Positions 1 through 9,206 of a stretch of DNA of 64,000 nt are shown in pieces. Every line of letters begins with the position of its first letter. The stretch's first letter is position 1. The stretch is from NCBI GenBank assembly GCA_963693095.2, contig OY843768.1, positions 608,001 to 672,000 on the forward strand. Direction: 5' to 3'. The position numbers and the translations under genes were made by a program. Source of the stretch: Cenarchaeum sp. GTDB lineage: Archaea > Thermoproteota > Nitrososphaeria > Nitrososphaerales > Nitrosopumilaceae. The notes under the pieces are model-generated. The model searched no databases. It saw only the letters and a list, made by a program, of their open reading frames with translations, and was not told the origin of the DNA.

Positions 1-168
1 CCCAGGGACGAGCCTGACGTGGTTCGCTCGCATGCGCCAGAAGATCGGGACGCGTACATACTCAAGCTGCAGGAGATGATAACGCGCGAGATAAACCTGG
101 CCGAGCTTGCCCTGCGCGAGATGTATCCCGAGATCGCCGATTCGCTCTCGGAGAGCGACATGCCGTAG
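1..168 (+). CDS. 3' end of a gene truncated by the window edge (hypothetical)
   Basis: Frame 1 is open from base 1 to TAG at 166-168 (PRDEPDVV...SESDMP*), with host-like GC-rich codons. Confidence 0.55.
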   Translation, partial: PRDEPDVVRSHAPEDRDAYILKLQEMITREINLAELALREMYPEIADSLSESDMP

Positions 169-203
169 GGGCAGCCTGCGCGCCATGGGCGGGTTAAGGT
201 TTA

Positions 204-2021
204 ATGCAGGTTGTTGAGATACTGCGTGTGTTGGCCTTTTGCACCAACTGTGGACGGGAATTAAAGGACGAACACAAGTTTTGTCCATCATGCGGCACGG
301 CCGCGGCAGGGTCTGAACCAACTCAAACATCAGAACCAGAACACACGCAAGAACGTGCTGCGAATCCACCTGAACCGATCGCCGCCTCCGCCCCGGAGCA
401 CATGCCCGACGTGGCGTCAGAATCCCCTGATGCGCTTCGCCAAGCTGGTTCTCCATACATGATAGATCGCAAAACGCTTTTTGAGGACGGTATGTTGGTA
501 ATGACGTCTAATGACCTCATTCTTTATTCCAGTGACGAGCAAGACGAGCTCCTCCGCCTTCCTGTATCAAAAATTGACTCGTGTGGGTATAGCATGATGC
601 GCCGTAAACTCGTTGTGAAACGACGAGTGCACAAAGACGATAATCTTCAGCAGATCATCATACAGAAAGATCGTGATATTGCAGATTTAGTCTCCAAAAA
701 AGAAGCTCTGATAAAAAGCAAAAGGGAAACTCGCGTGAAACAAGAACGTAAAAAACTAGAGAATGAAATCAATGACACAAAGAAAGAGTTGGGTGGTCTT
801 CAAAAAGAAAAAGATGCACTTGAAAAAGACCCTGCAACTATCCAGCAAGCGATGGAAGAATGTGCAGATACAGAAAATGTGTCGTTTAGATTAAGTGATG
901 GATCGCGTGATGAGTATCGTATATGGGAACACGTGATCAATCGACGCATCCAGGGTGTTGAGCGTTTAAAGGTGGAGTCGCTTCCTTATGGGGCTGTTGT
1001 GCTCATTAACGGCTCACCAGTTGGAACAACGCCTATCACAGTGGACAAGCCTATTGTGGATGATGCCATACTGTCTGGCAAGTATGATGTGTCGATCTTG
1101 ATGGAAGGCCATGAGGCAGCACTTCACCGTGTGTCAGTTGGATGTGGGGGAGAGTCAACTATCCTACATGACAACATCCGGAAAATTGATGTCCCTGATG
1201 TGGATCTTGACACACAAGTGTCCAAGCTACGTGCTAACGCACCCGTACTGAGTATAGATCTTTCTCAATGTGGTGTAATGCGAGAAGTAGAGTGCAGCAA
1301 TGAAAAGCTGGTTTTAACATCTGATGCATTACTTGTTGTTTCAAAACTTGGAGACGTTCTCTATTATGAAATACCCTATAGAGCAATCGCTGATATCAGT
1401 TACGGAGGCAGGCTTTTTGGGCGACTTGGAACTAAACATATGCGCATCACTTATCGCGAATTGCCTTACCCAAATTTGAATTTGGAGTTGGTATTGGATG
1501 ATTGCGAGGGGACAATCTCTGAAGCTGAGTTAAAGCGTCGTGGTGAGAGTGTTGTTGAGCTTGCGCGTGCTCATCGAGACGATGCTGAAACTAAGACTAG
1601 ATCACGCATACGACGTCCATCTCAACATTATGTGATTACTGAACAGGATTTAAACAATGACTTTCGACGATTCAGCCCAATAGATTTTGAAACTGTTATT
1701 ATGAAGCTATTTGAAAAAATGGGATACAATGCAACGGTGGGTCCTGGAAGGAGCGACTTTGGAGCTGATGTGATCGCACGTAGTGGTGGCGAAACACTGG
1801 TGATTCAAGTAAAGCACTGGGATGGAAAAGTTGGCGGCCCTGACGTGCATAAAACTCTGGGTTGCATGCCAACATTTTCTGCCCAACGTGCTATTGTGGT
1901 CACAACATCAGATTTTACAAATCAGGCCTATGAGATACAAAACCTTGGATCTCCAGTAGAACTCTGGAATGGTGAAAAGCTCAAAGACAAAATTCGTCAG
2001 TATATGTTGGGGCAGGAATAG
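204..2021 (+). CDS. Multidomain Mrr-family (type IV-like) restriction endonuclease: Zn-ribbon, PH-like, coiled coil, PEGA, PH-like, Mrr_cat
   Basis: N-terminal FCTNCG..FCPSCG; PEGA-like VESLPYGAVVLINGSPVGTTP; C-terminal FETVIMKLFEKMGY..SDFGADVIA..VIQVK..AIVVTTSDFT..VELWNG; start may be 228 or 231; lower GC than host genes. Confidence 0.85.
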   Translation: MQVVEILRVLAFCTNCGRELKDEHKFCPSCGTAAAGSEPTQTSEPEHTQERAANPPEPIAASAPEHMPDVASESPDALRQAGSPYMIDRKTLFEDGMLVMTSNDLILYSSDEQDELLRLPVSKIDSCGYSMMRRKLVVKRRVHKDDNLQQIIIQKDRDIADLVSKKEALIKSKRETRVKQERKKLENEINDTKKELGGLQKEKDALEKDPATIQQAMEECADTENVSFRLSDGSRDEYRIWEHVINRRIQGVERLKVESLPYGAVVLINGSPVGTTPITVDKPIVDDAILSGKYDVSILMEGHEAALHRVSVGCGGESTILHDNIRKIDVPDVDLDTQVSKLRANAPVLSIDLSQCGVMREVECSNEKLVLTSDALLVVSKLGDVLYYEIPYRAIADISYGGRLFGRLGTKHMRITYRELPYPNLNLELVLDDCEGTISEAELKRRGESVVELARAHRDDAETKTRSRIRRPSQHYVITEQDLNNDFRRFSPIDFETVIMKLFEKMGYNATVGPGRSDFGADVIARSGGETLVIQVKHWDGKVGGPDVHKTLGCMPTFSAQRAIVVTTSDFTNQAYEIQNLGSPVELWNGEKLKDKIRQYMLGQE

Positions 2022-3039
2022 CTCTACTTTGCTCGACCATGGTGCCCTAATTTGTGACGGCACTTATAGTGTGCACTGAACCCATACAACAAAATCTGAT
2101 GATGCTGGGTAGATAGGCCACTCCCTGTAACACGTAATCAGCACCAGTCGAGATTACCCAGATCCTGATGGGGCAAGAATCAGATATGGTCACGATCACA
2201 TGCAGGCTATGTTCGTCGATGGAGACCGGACTGGCCTGCGCGCCTCAATAGTCGAAATCAGGATGAGGGCGGTGTGGAATGGCGGGATGATTGTGGCTGT
2301 CTACCGTATGACAGGCTCTGATGCACAATTGTTCTAGGACGTGGGACTTGTGGCAATCTCCACATGTTGCCAAAATCACGCCTAAAAGCTGTGTGGAACG
2401 CCACAATTGATGGATCGTCTTTCCGCGCCTAGGGGAGCCTGAGACACGTACTGAGAGGGGAAAAACTCGGCGATCGGCCACCATGGTGTTCACTACGTGG
2501 GCATATCTGTCGCTACGCAAGAGTCACACCTGACATACGAAGGAAGTTATGATCACACTGTGTGCATCTGACAGATCCCAGTTGATGTCCTAACCGCAAA
2601 AGAACTGCCTTGCATCTAGTGGTGATAGTTTGACTTTGCAGTGTTGTGTGCTGCGAGCTCGTGACGCACATCCTCGAACACGTGACTGCTCTGACCAGAC
2701 GAGTCTCAAAAGCACAAGAGTTGCGCAATGTCGCAAGTGTGTGCTGGTGTCGAGTCGGAGAGTGCGCTGACCGGCGTCTCGTGGACGTGGCCACATGGGA
2801 CGGGGTGATGAGCCGCAATGGGGAGACAGACGACATGGGCGGGAGCTGACATGGCCGGCACGGCAGTGCCGTGGCGCCGAGTTCGGCGTCGAGCCCCGGC
2901 TGCCGCACCGGCGCGCCATTGTGCGGGGTGAGAGGATCCGGCATGATCCTGGATCGCAGGGTCGACACGTCCGTGGACTGCCCGTTTTTGGGCGGATCCG
3001 GCCGCTTTGTATAAATTAGAGCCAATGTGGGGGTGCGCC

Positions 3040-3420
3040 ATGAGAAAGTCGATGGAGAATCTTGCCACGAGCAAGATCACCGGGGGACGCAGGAGGCCAC
3101 TGAGGATACGGCGCAAGTACGAGATAAACCGCTATCCAAACGAGGCGCCGGCCGGCCCGCAGGCGACTGTCACGCGCAGCACGCGCGGTGGCGTGCTAAA
3201 GACTGCGCTAAAGGCAGCAGACTATGCAAACCTCACCGCTCCCGGAGCAAAGACAGTTCGCACAAAGATACTAAAGGTTCTTGACAACCCAACCAACAAC
3301 GATTACCGTCGGCGTGGAATCATCACGCGCGGCGCCGTACTCGAGACGGAGGCCGGCAAGTGCAGGGTCGTCTCGCGTCCTGGACAGGACGGCGCAGTCA
3401 ACGCAGTGCCGGTGCAATGA
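3040..3420 (+). CDS. rps8e: 30S ribosomal protein S8e
   Basis: MRKS..KITGGRR..RGG..N.DY.RRGIITRGAV.ETEAG..VSRPGQDG.VNAV; TATA-like TTTGTATAAA at ~3006-3015. Confidence 0.97.
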   Translation: MRKSMENLATSKITGGRRRPLRIRRKYEINRYPNEAPAGPQATVTRSTRGGVLKTALKAADYANLTAPGAKTVRTKILKVLDNPTNNDYRRRGIITRGAVLETEAGKCRVVSRPGQDGAVNAVPVQ

Positions 3421-3725
3421 AGGACTATGATCACATAGTCGTTTGGCTGGACTATTTCAACAAGACCATAACGAGGGCAAAGGGCCGACGCCTTGGCCGA
3501 GAGAGCTGTGTCTTTGACCCGTCGCTCGCCGAGCTCGAGGGGGCCGCCAAGGCTGCGGGCCTCGAGGTCTCGGCATCCGAGTCCTCGGTGAGGTACCCGC
3601 GGCGCCAGTATGTTCGCTCGGGCTATATCACGGTGCCAAAGTCTGCCTCAAAGTCATCACTCCTTGCGACCATCTCCTCGCGCCTGGTCGAGGCGCGAGC
3701 TAGGCGCAAAAAAGATCGCTCCTAG
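3417..3725 (+). CDS. srp19: Signal recognition particle protein SRP19
   Basis: MKDYDHIVVWLDYFN..RAKGRR..P.L.EL..AA..YPR..SG; ATGA overlap with rps8e; typical archaeal synteny. Confidence 0.92.
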   Translation: MKDYDHIVVWLDYFNKTITRAKGRRLGRESCVFDPSLAELEGAAKAAGLEVSASESSVRYPRRQYVRSGYITVPKSASKSSLLATISSRLVEARARRKKDRS

Positions 3726-3787
3726 CTCTAAGATCAAGTATTTTTGACCGGACCCTTATGATATAGGGTGTATTGACCCCCTGTCAC

Positions 3788-4921
3788 TTGCAGGAGGTAG
3801 GACATGTGACACACGTCGCAAAGAGTGGAAGGGTCATCGTTGAGCTGGCAGCCTCGGTCAGGGACGGGACGGTCCTGTGCGACAGCCTCGGAACCCGCCT
3901 CGCGCGCGTGATGGAGACGATAGGTCCGGTCTCGCGTCCATTCGCCTCGGCTAGCCCAATAACCAACAACATGTCACCGCACGTCGGCAAGGAGATATTT
4001 GCGATTGACGAGGAGCGCGCCTCAACACGGTACGAGAGCCGCACGCGGACAAATGATGATGATGACAATGGTGGCGAGCCCCAGACAGAACGCTCCGAGC
4101 GCACCTCGAGCACGTCACGCGAGGAGCGCACACCTGCACGGCGCGAAGGTGGCGGATCGCGCTCGCGTGGGCAGGGCAGGTACTCTGAGCGTCGGGGACC
4201 GGCGCGACGCGACTCTTACTCAAAGTCCGGACGCAGCGACGGCCGGCGCACTCCACGGCGCGACGGCGGGCCGGCCTCGCGTGGACAGGGCAGGTACTCT
4301 GATCGCAGGGGGCCTTCACGGCGCGACTCTTACTCAAAGTCTGGAAGCAGCGACGGCGGTCAGGGCAGGTACTCTGATCGCAGGGGGCCTTCACGGCGCG
4401 ACTCTTACTCAAAGTCCGGAAGCAGCGACGGCGGCCAGGGCAGGTACTCTGATCGCAGGGGGCCTTCACGGCGCGACTCTTACTCAAAGCCAAGTCGCGA
4501 GGGCGGTCAGGGCAGGTACTCTGATCGCAAGGGGCCTGCGCGGCGCGACTCTTACTCAAAGCCAGGACGCGACGGCGGCCAGGGCAGGTACTCTGATCGC
4601 AGGGGGCCTTCACGGCGTGACGACTATTCAAAGTCGGCGCGCAGTGACGACAGGCCATCGTCTCGCGGCCAGGGCAGGTACTCTGATCGCAGGGGACCGG
4701 CGCGGCGCGACAGCTATTCGTCATCATCTCGCAGCGGACCGCGCGGTGACGGCCGTCGCGCACCGCCAAGGCGCGGTCCGGCCCGACGTGACGCAAGCTC
4801 GGGGACGCCGCGAGAGGACGGCGGCCATGGCGCGTCGCGCAACAATGTCACATTTAGGTCGCGCGGGCCGGATCGACGTGGAACCGGCCGTCGCGACAGG
4901 ACAGGGAGGCGGCGTGAATGA
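3788..4921 (+). CDS. gar1: H/ACA RNP protein Gar1 with a long C-terminal R/G/S/D-rich repeat extension
   Basis: N-terminal ~80 aa LQEVGHVTHVAKSGRVIV..ARVMETIGPVSRPFA is a Gar1/Naf1 core; lies between srp19 and tfb; TTG start inferred. Confidence 0.85.
   Translation: MQEVGHVTHVAKSGRVIVELAASVRDGTVLCDSLGTRLARVMETIGPVSRPFASASPITNNMSPHVGKEIFAIDEERASTRYESRTRTNDDDDNGGEPQTERSERTSSTSREERTPARREGGGSRSRGQGRYSERRGPARRDSYSKSGRSDGRRTPRRDGGPASRGQGRYSDRRGPSRRDSYSKSGSSDGGQGRYSDRRGPSRRDSYSKSGSSDGGQGRYSDRRGPSRRDSYSKPSREGGQGRYSDRKGPARRDSYSKPGRDGGQGRYSDRRGPSRRDDYSKSARSDDRPSSRGQGRYSDRRGPARRDSYSSSSRSGPRGDGRRAPPRRGPARRDASSGTPREDGGHGASRNNVTFRSRGPDRRGTGRRDRTGRRRE
4169..4720 (+). repeat. Seven in-frame tandem repeats (mostly ~72-75 nt) encoding GQGRYS(D/E)R(R/K)GP(S/A)RRD(S/D)YS
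   Basis: CAGGGCAGGTACTCTGA occurs 7 times; units 2 and 3 are near-identical 75-mers. Confidence 0.95.
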
Positions 4922-5862
4922 GCAAACTCGAGGTTCCCGCGTGTGCCGAGTGCAGCAGCACGTCACTCATTGACGACCTCGAGCGCGGCGAGACGGTCTG
5001 CCAGTCATGCGGAATCGTTGCGGCCGACCAGATGGTCGACCATGGCCCGGAGACCGCACGCACGGGCTATGAGGACAAGATGAACCTTGCGCGCGCGTCA
5101 GGAACGATGACATACTCGCAGCATGACCTTGGCCTCTCCACGACCATAGCGACCACGTCGAGGGACTTTAGCGGCAAGTCGATATGCTCTGACACGGCCT
5201 CGACGATGCGGCGCCTCGACAAGTGGCAGTCGCGCGTGCGCGTGACGAGCAACGACGAGAGGCGCCTAGTCGGCATGCTCTCAAAGCTCGGAGACGTGTG
5301 CCGCAGCCTGGACCTGCCTGACAACGTCCTAGAGACGGCCTCCATGATATACCGTGACCTTGACGGCAAGGCAGTCAAGGGGCGCCACATCGACAGCATG
5401 GCCGTCGCGACAGTCTACATGGCATGCCAGCGCTGCGAGATCGTCAGGTCACTTGAGGACATCTGCCGCAGCTTTTGCGACCCGCGCGAGATCCGCTCAA
5501 AGACAAAGCTCGCAGCAAAGTACTATCGTGACATGCGCCTGAGCATGGAGACGGCACCGACAATATCAGTCACGATGGACCGGAGAATATCGCAGATAGC
5601 CAACATCACGAGGACAGACCCGCGCGTTGAGCGCCTCGCGCTCAGGCTGGCCGACAAGACGCGCAACGGCGGCTTTGCCGGAGGCAAGACGCCGCAGGGA
5701 ATAGCGGCCGCGTACCTCTATGTCGCCTCGATCCTAAGGGGCCAGAGCGTGCTGCAGCGCGACATCTCGTCTGTGGCGCAGGTCACCGAGGTGACGATTC
5801 GCAGCCGCTGCAAGGATCTCTTGGCAAGCTATCGCCTCGTCGTGACGCTCTCGCCTGCATGA
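4918..5862 (+). CDS. tfb: Transcription initiation factor IIB (TFB)
   Basis: Zn-ribbon CAEC..D.ERGETVCQSCG, DHGPE, HDLGLSTTI, two cyclin folds ending VAQVTEVTIRSR. Confidence 0.95.
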   Translation: MSKLEVPACAECSSTSLIDDLERGETVCQSCGIVAADQMVDHGPETARTGYEDKMNLARASGTMTYSQHDLGLSTTIATTSRDFSGKSICSDTASTMRRLDKWQSRVRVTSNDERRLVGMLSKLGDVCRSLDLPDNVLETASMIYRDLDGKAVKGRHIDSMAVATVYMACQRCEIVRSLEDICRSFCDPREIRSKTKLAAKYYRDMRLSMETAPTISVTMDRRISQIANITRTDPRVERLALRLADKTRNGGFAGGKTPQGIAAAYLYVASILRGQSVLQRDISSVAQVTEVTIRSRCKDLLASYRLVVTLSPA

Positions 5863-5924
5863 CGCCTTAGGGCAAGCTAAGATACGCCAATGCTATATAA
5901 CTCGGGACTGGTGCCCCATGCCAG

Positions 5925-6695
5925 TTGGCACGCCTAGAGATACGGGACCTGCACGTAAAGCGCGAGGGCAAGGAGATCCTAAAGGGGGTAAACCTCACGA
6001 CTGGTCCCGGCGAGGTCCATGCGATAATGGGGCCCAACGGCTCTGGCAAGTCCACGCTGGCATACACGCTGCTTGCGCACCCAAAGTACGAGGTCGTCTC
6101 TGGTGACATACTCCTTGACGGCGAGAGCATCATGGGCATGTCTGCTGATGAGCGCTCAAGGAAGGGGCTCTTTTTGGGGTTCCAGTACCCCGTCGAGGTC
6201 TCCGGCGTCGGCTATTCGCACTTTTTGCGCACGTCATACAACTCGCTCAGCAAGGCCATACAGGGCGATGAGCGCGAGGTCTTTATCACGGTTCGAGAGT
6301 TCCAAAAGTACCTAAAGGAGAACCTGGCGCGCGTTGGGCTAAAGGACGAGTTTTTGAGCCGCTACCTCAACGAGGGCTTTTCGGGAGGCGAGAAAAAGCG
6401 CTCCGAGGTCCTGCAGATGGCGGTCCTAAAGCCAAAGGTGTCGATACTCGACGAGCCAGACTCGGGACTAGACATTGACGCAGTTCAGTCCGTGGCCAAG
6501 GCGATAAGCGAGGTGTCAGGCAAGGACTCGACAGTCATCGTGATAACGCACTATGCGCGAATACTAAAGTTCCTCAACAAGCTAGATCATGTCCACGTCT
6601 TTGCCGAGGGTCGCGTGATCAAGAGCGGTGACGCGTCCCTGGCTGACGAGCTAGAGTCAAAGGGGTACGAGTGGGCAATAACGTCGGCGACATAG
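5925..6695 (+). CDS. sufC: Fe-S cluster assembly ATPase SufC
   Basis: GPNGSGKSTL, FLGFQYPVE, RYLNEGFSGGEKKR, LDEPDSGLDIDA, ITHY. Confidence 0.96.
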   Translation: MARLEIRDLHVKREGKEILKGVNLTTGPGEVHAIMGPNGSGKSTLAYTLLAHPKYEVVSGDILLDGESIMGMSADERSRKGLFLGFQYPVEVSGVGYSHFLRTSYNSLSKAIQGDEREVFITVREFQKYLKENLARVGLKDEFLSRYLNEGFSGGEKKRSEVLQMAVLKPKVSILDEPDSGLDIDAVQSVAKAISEVSGKDSTVIVITHYARILKFLNKLDHVHVFAEGRVIKSGDASLADELESKGYEWAITSAT

Positions 6696-7412
6696 GTGAT
6701 CCTACGATGCGCCAAAATGCATCCAATGGGAGTGTTGAGTTCCGTCATGCCTGACATGCGCACAATCCTGGAAAAGTCCATGGATGGGCTGACCTGGAAC
6801 ATCAGCGGAATTGTGCATTCGGACAACACCATCTCTAGCCTTCCTCCGGAATCTCGTGTGGTCACAGAGCTATTACAATCTGCAGTCATTAGGCGCCTTT
6901 TATTGCTCCCAAAAACGTATCCGCAGTTATCGGTTACTGATTATTCTCAATTTGGACGAAGTTACCCTGATGCTGCAATTAATTGGAATGGTGACTTGCA
7001 TGCCATTGACGTCAAGTCAGCAAGGGTTGTCCCAACGGTTCCAAATCGTATAACTCGTATGACGTTAGGGACTTACAACGGTTATTTTTTGCACCCCAAT
7101 GAAAAAAAATTACATAATAACAAATATTGCTATAATGATTATCATCAACATTGGGTAATCGCACTTATCTATCATTGGAAACCTAGAGAAACAACACAGA
7201 ACATGGTCACAATCAACTCCGTTTGCGTTGGACAAAAATGGCAATTTGCTGGAACAGTTGCTGGTTCAGGCGACACTGCAAACATTGGTGGCATTACTTC
7301 ATTGAGGCGTTTACAAACCCTCGATAGTGTTTTTGCCAATAATGAGAAATTTGAGCAATACTGGCGAGACTACGCTAAAAAGCATCCCAGAAAACGCACA
7401 CAAATTTCTTGA
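6696..7412 (+). CDS. Type II restriction endonuclease, EcoRV-like
   Basis: PD-(D/E)xK core SYPD..AIDVKS, TLGTY, and GSGDTANIGGI resembling the EcoRV recognition loop GSGNTTNIGSI; AT-rich; true start may be 6717 or 6726. Confidence 0.8.
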   Translation: MILRCAKMHPMGVLSSVMPDMRTILEKSMDGLTWNISGIVHSDNTISSLPPESRVVTELLQSAVIRRLLLLPKTYPQLSVTDYSQFGRSYPDAAINWNGDLHAIDVKSARVVPTVPNRITRMTLGTYNGYFLHPNEKKLHNNKYCYNDYHQHWVIALIYHWKPRETTQNMVTINSVCVGQKWQFAGTVAGSGDTANIGGITSLRRLQTLDSVFANNEKFEQYWRDYAKKHPRKRTQIS

Positions 7413-7414
7413 CT

Positions 7415-8293
7415 TTAATTTTTGATTATCAGAGCCTCAATCATGGGGTGTCTCAAATCCTCTGTTGAACCTAGGTGATAGAAATGCTCGAATGTTTTAA
7501 TTTCGTAATTTTTGAACAACTGAATATCGGGGTTTTTTCTATATTTGTTCTTGTACCACAACGACAATGCAAACTTGCATGGCACACTCTCCAACATCCG
7601 TGACAACTCTGTTATTGCATTTTCATCCCACACGTCATAATAGTTTGCGCTCCTTCCTGAATATGGCGGGTCTAGATAGATAAAATCATTCTTGGTTGCG
7701 TCTAGTAGTGTTTGCTTCCAATCGTTCGTTGTGAACATCCATGATCTATGTGTTTGTAGTGTTGCACATATCCACGTGGATTGATTTGTGATCTTTGTTA
7801 TGTATGACTTGCTAAATCTGCTTGTTTTTCTGCAAAAAGGCACATTGAATTTTCCTTTTGAATTAAACCTCATGAGCCCATTAAATCCAGCTCGATTTAA
7901 AAACAAAAAATCCAACGAATTAAAGTCCTTGTTGAACCTATCGCGAATTTCATAATAGTGGGATTCCCCATCCTTGTGCAATTTGGCCCCCTCAAACTCC
8001 AAATATTCGCGTATTGATTCTGGTGTTATCTTTTTCTTTTGAAGTGCTTTGTAAAAATCAATTATGTGTATATTTGTCTCTGAGCCTAGTGCGTTTTTTG
8101 GAGATGCGTTAAACAACACCACCCCAGATCCCAAAAATGGCTCGATCCACCTGCCTTTGTCGCCCCATTTGACGCTTGTTAGTATGAAATTCACAAGTTT
8201 TGTCTTTATGCCCTGTGTCTTGATTGGGGGCACCTTTACTATTGAACTTCGCTCCTGCGTCGCCATGGTTTGCTGTTGAACTGCCCGCTTCAT
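7415..8293 (-). CDS. N6-adenine DNA methyltransferase (Dam/D12 class, M.EcoRV-like)
   Basis: VPPIKTQGIKTKLV, motif I WIEPFLGSGVV, FLNR.GFNGL.RFN.KGKFNVPF, motif IV YLDPPY. Confidence 0.93.
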   Translation of the reverse strand: MKRAVQQQTMATQERSSIVKVPPIKTQGIKTKLVNFILTSVKWGDKGRWIEPFLGSGVVLFNASPKNALGSETNIHIIDFYKALQKKKITPESIREYLEFEGAKLHKDGESHYYEIRDRFNKDFNSLDFLFLNRAGFNGLMRFNSKGKFNVPFCRKTSRFSKSYITKITNQSTWICATLQTHRSWMFTTNDWKQTLLDATKNDFIYLDPPYSGRSANYYDVWDENAITELSRMLESVPCKFALSLWYKNKYRKNPDIQLFKNYEIKTFEHFYHLGSTEDLRHPMIEALIIKN

Positions 8294-8501
8294 CGAGACT
8301 GGGTGCCGGCCTTTGGTTTAAGAATTTTACGCCAATCGGGACTGGCCGCCTGGGTGAATTTGCACGGTTTCTAGTCGTGGGCGTCTGGCCGGGACCATGC
8401 CGGATCCTGCGTGTGTGGTCTCGGGGGCGCCGCAGCGTGCCCGCGCAGGCGTGGCGGATCACCGAGCTTAAAATATCCCGTTACCCGCCGCCTCGCTGTC
8501 A

Positions 8502-9206
8502 ATGGACGATTCTGGCGAGCAGGGCGGAGCAGAGGCGGCACCAACGTGGTTTTACACGCACGCGTTCTTCAAGGTGGACCCAAAATGGCGCTGGATGGCC
8601 GACCTGGCAAAATCCGAGTCAGCAAAGGAGGTCGAGGCGACGATGGCCTCATCAGGCGTGCGCTTTAGGACATACTCGACGCTTGGACTGCGCGATGACT
8701 CTGACATACTGTTCTGGTTTGTCTCCGAGTCAGTCGAGAAGATGCAGGAGGCCATATCGCGGCTGTACCTGACGGTCTTTGGAAAGTATATCGTGCCGTC
8801 GCGCTCGTACCTGTCATGCTCGCGCCCCTCGACGTACTCGGGGGGCACTGGCAAGAGCACGACGTCGTTTGCGGACAGCTCCGAGGCGCGCCGCTATGCC
8901 ATAGTCTACCCGTTCACAAAGACGCGCGAGTGGTATCTCCTGCCGATGGCGAGCCGGCGCGAGATGATGTCCGAGCACATACGCGTGAGCCAAAAGTATC
9001 CCGGCATACTCCTCAACACGACATACTCGTTTGGCATACACGACCAGGACTTTATGCTCGCCTTTGAGACTGACAGCCTCGTGGACTTTCAGAGCCTCAT
9101 CGTGGACCTGCGCGCCACGGCCGTCTCGGCGTATGTGCAGTCTGACACGCCGATGATCGTCTGCGTAAAAAAGGACATTGTCCCGCTTATAGAGAGCCTG
9201 GGATAA
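8502..9206 (+). CDS. Chlorite dismutase / coproheme decarboxylase (ChdC/HemQ) family protein
   Basis: YSTLGLR.DSD, YPFTK..EWYLLP..R..MM.EH, TTYSFGI.DQDF..AFETD. Confidence 0.9.
   Translation: MDDSGEQGGAEAAPTWFYTHAFFKVDPKWRWMADLAKSESAKEVEATMASSGVRFRTYSTLGLRDDSDILFWFVSESVEKMQEAISRLYLTVFGKYIVPSRSYLSCSRPSTYSGGTGKSTTSFADSSEARRYAIVYPFTKTREWYLLPMASRREMMSEHIRVSQKYPGILLNTTYSFGIHDQDFMLAFETDSLVDFQSLIVDLRATAVSAYVQSDTPMIVCVKKDIVPLIESLG

Noticed and set aside
4169-4720. Regular repeats resembling a CRISPR array
   Set aside because: Units are multiples of 3 and in-frame within gar1, the 'spacers' are homologous to each other, and no cas genes are present
3951-4973. Long alternative-frame ORFs (3999-4973 +, 3951-4796 -)
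   Set aside because: Shadow ORFs produced by GC-rich repeats; only the Gar1 frame has a recognisable domain and operon overlaps
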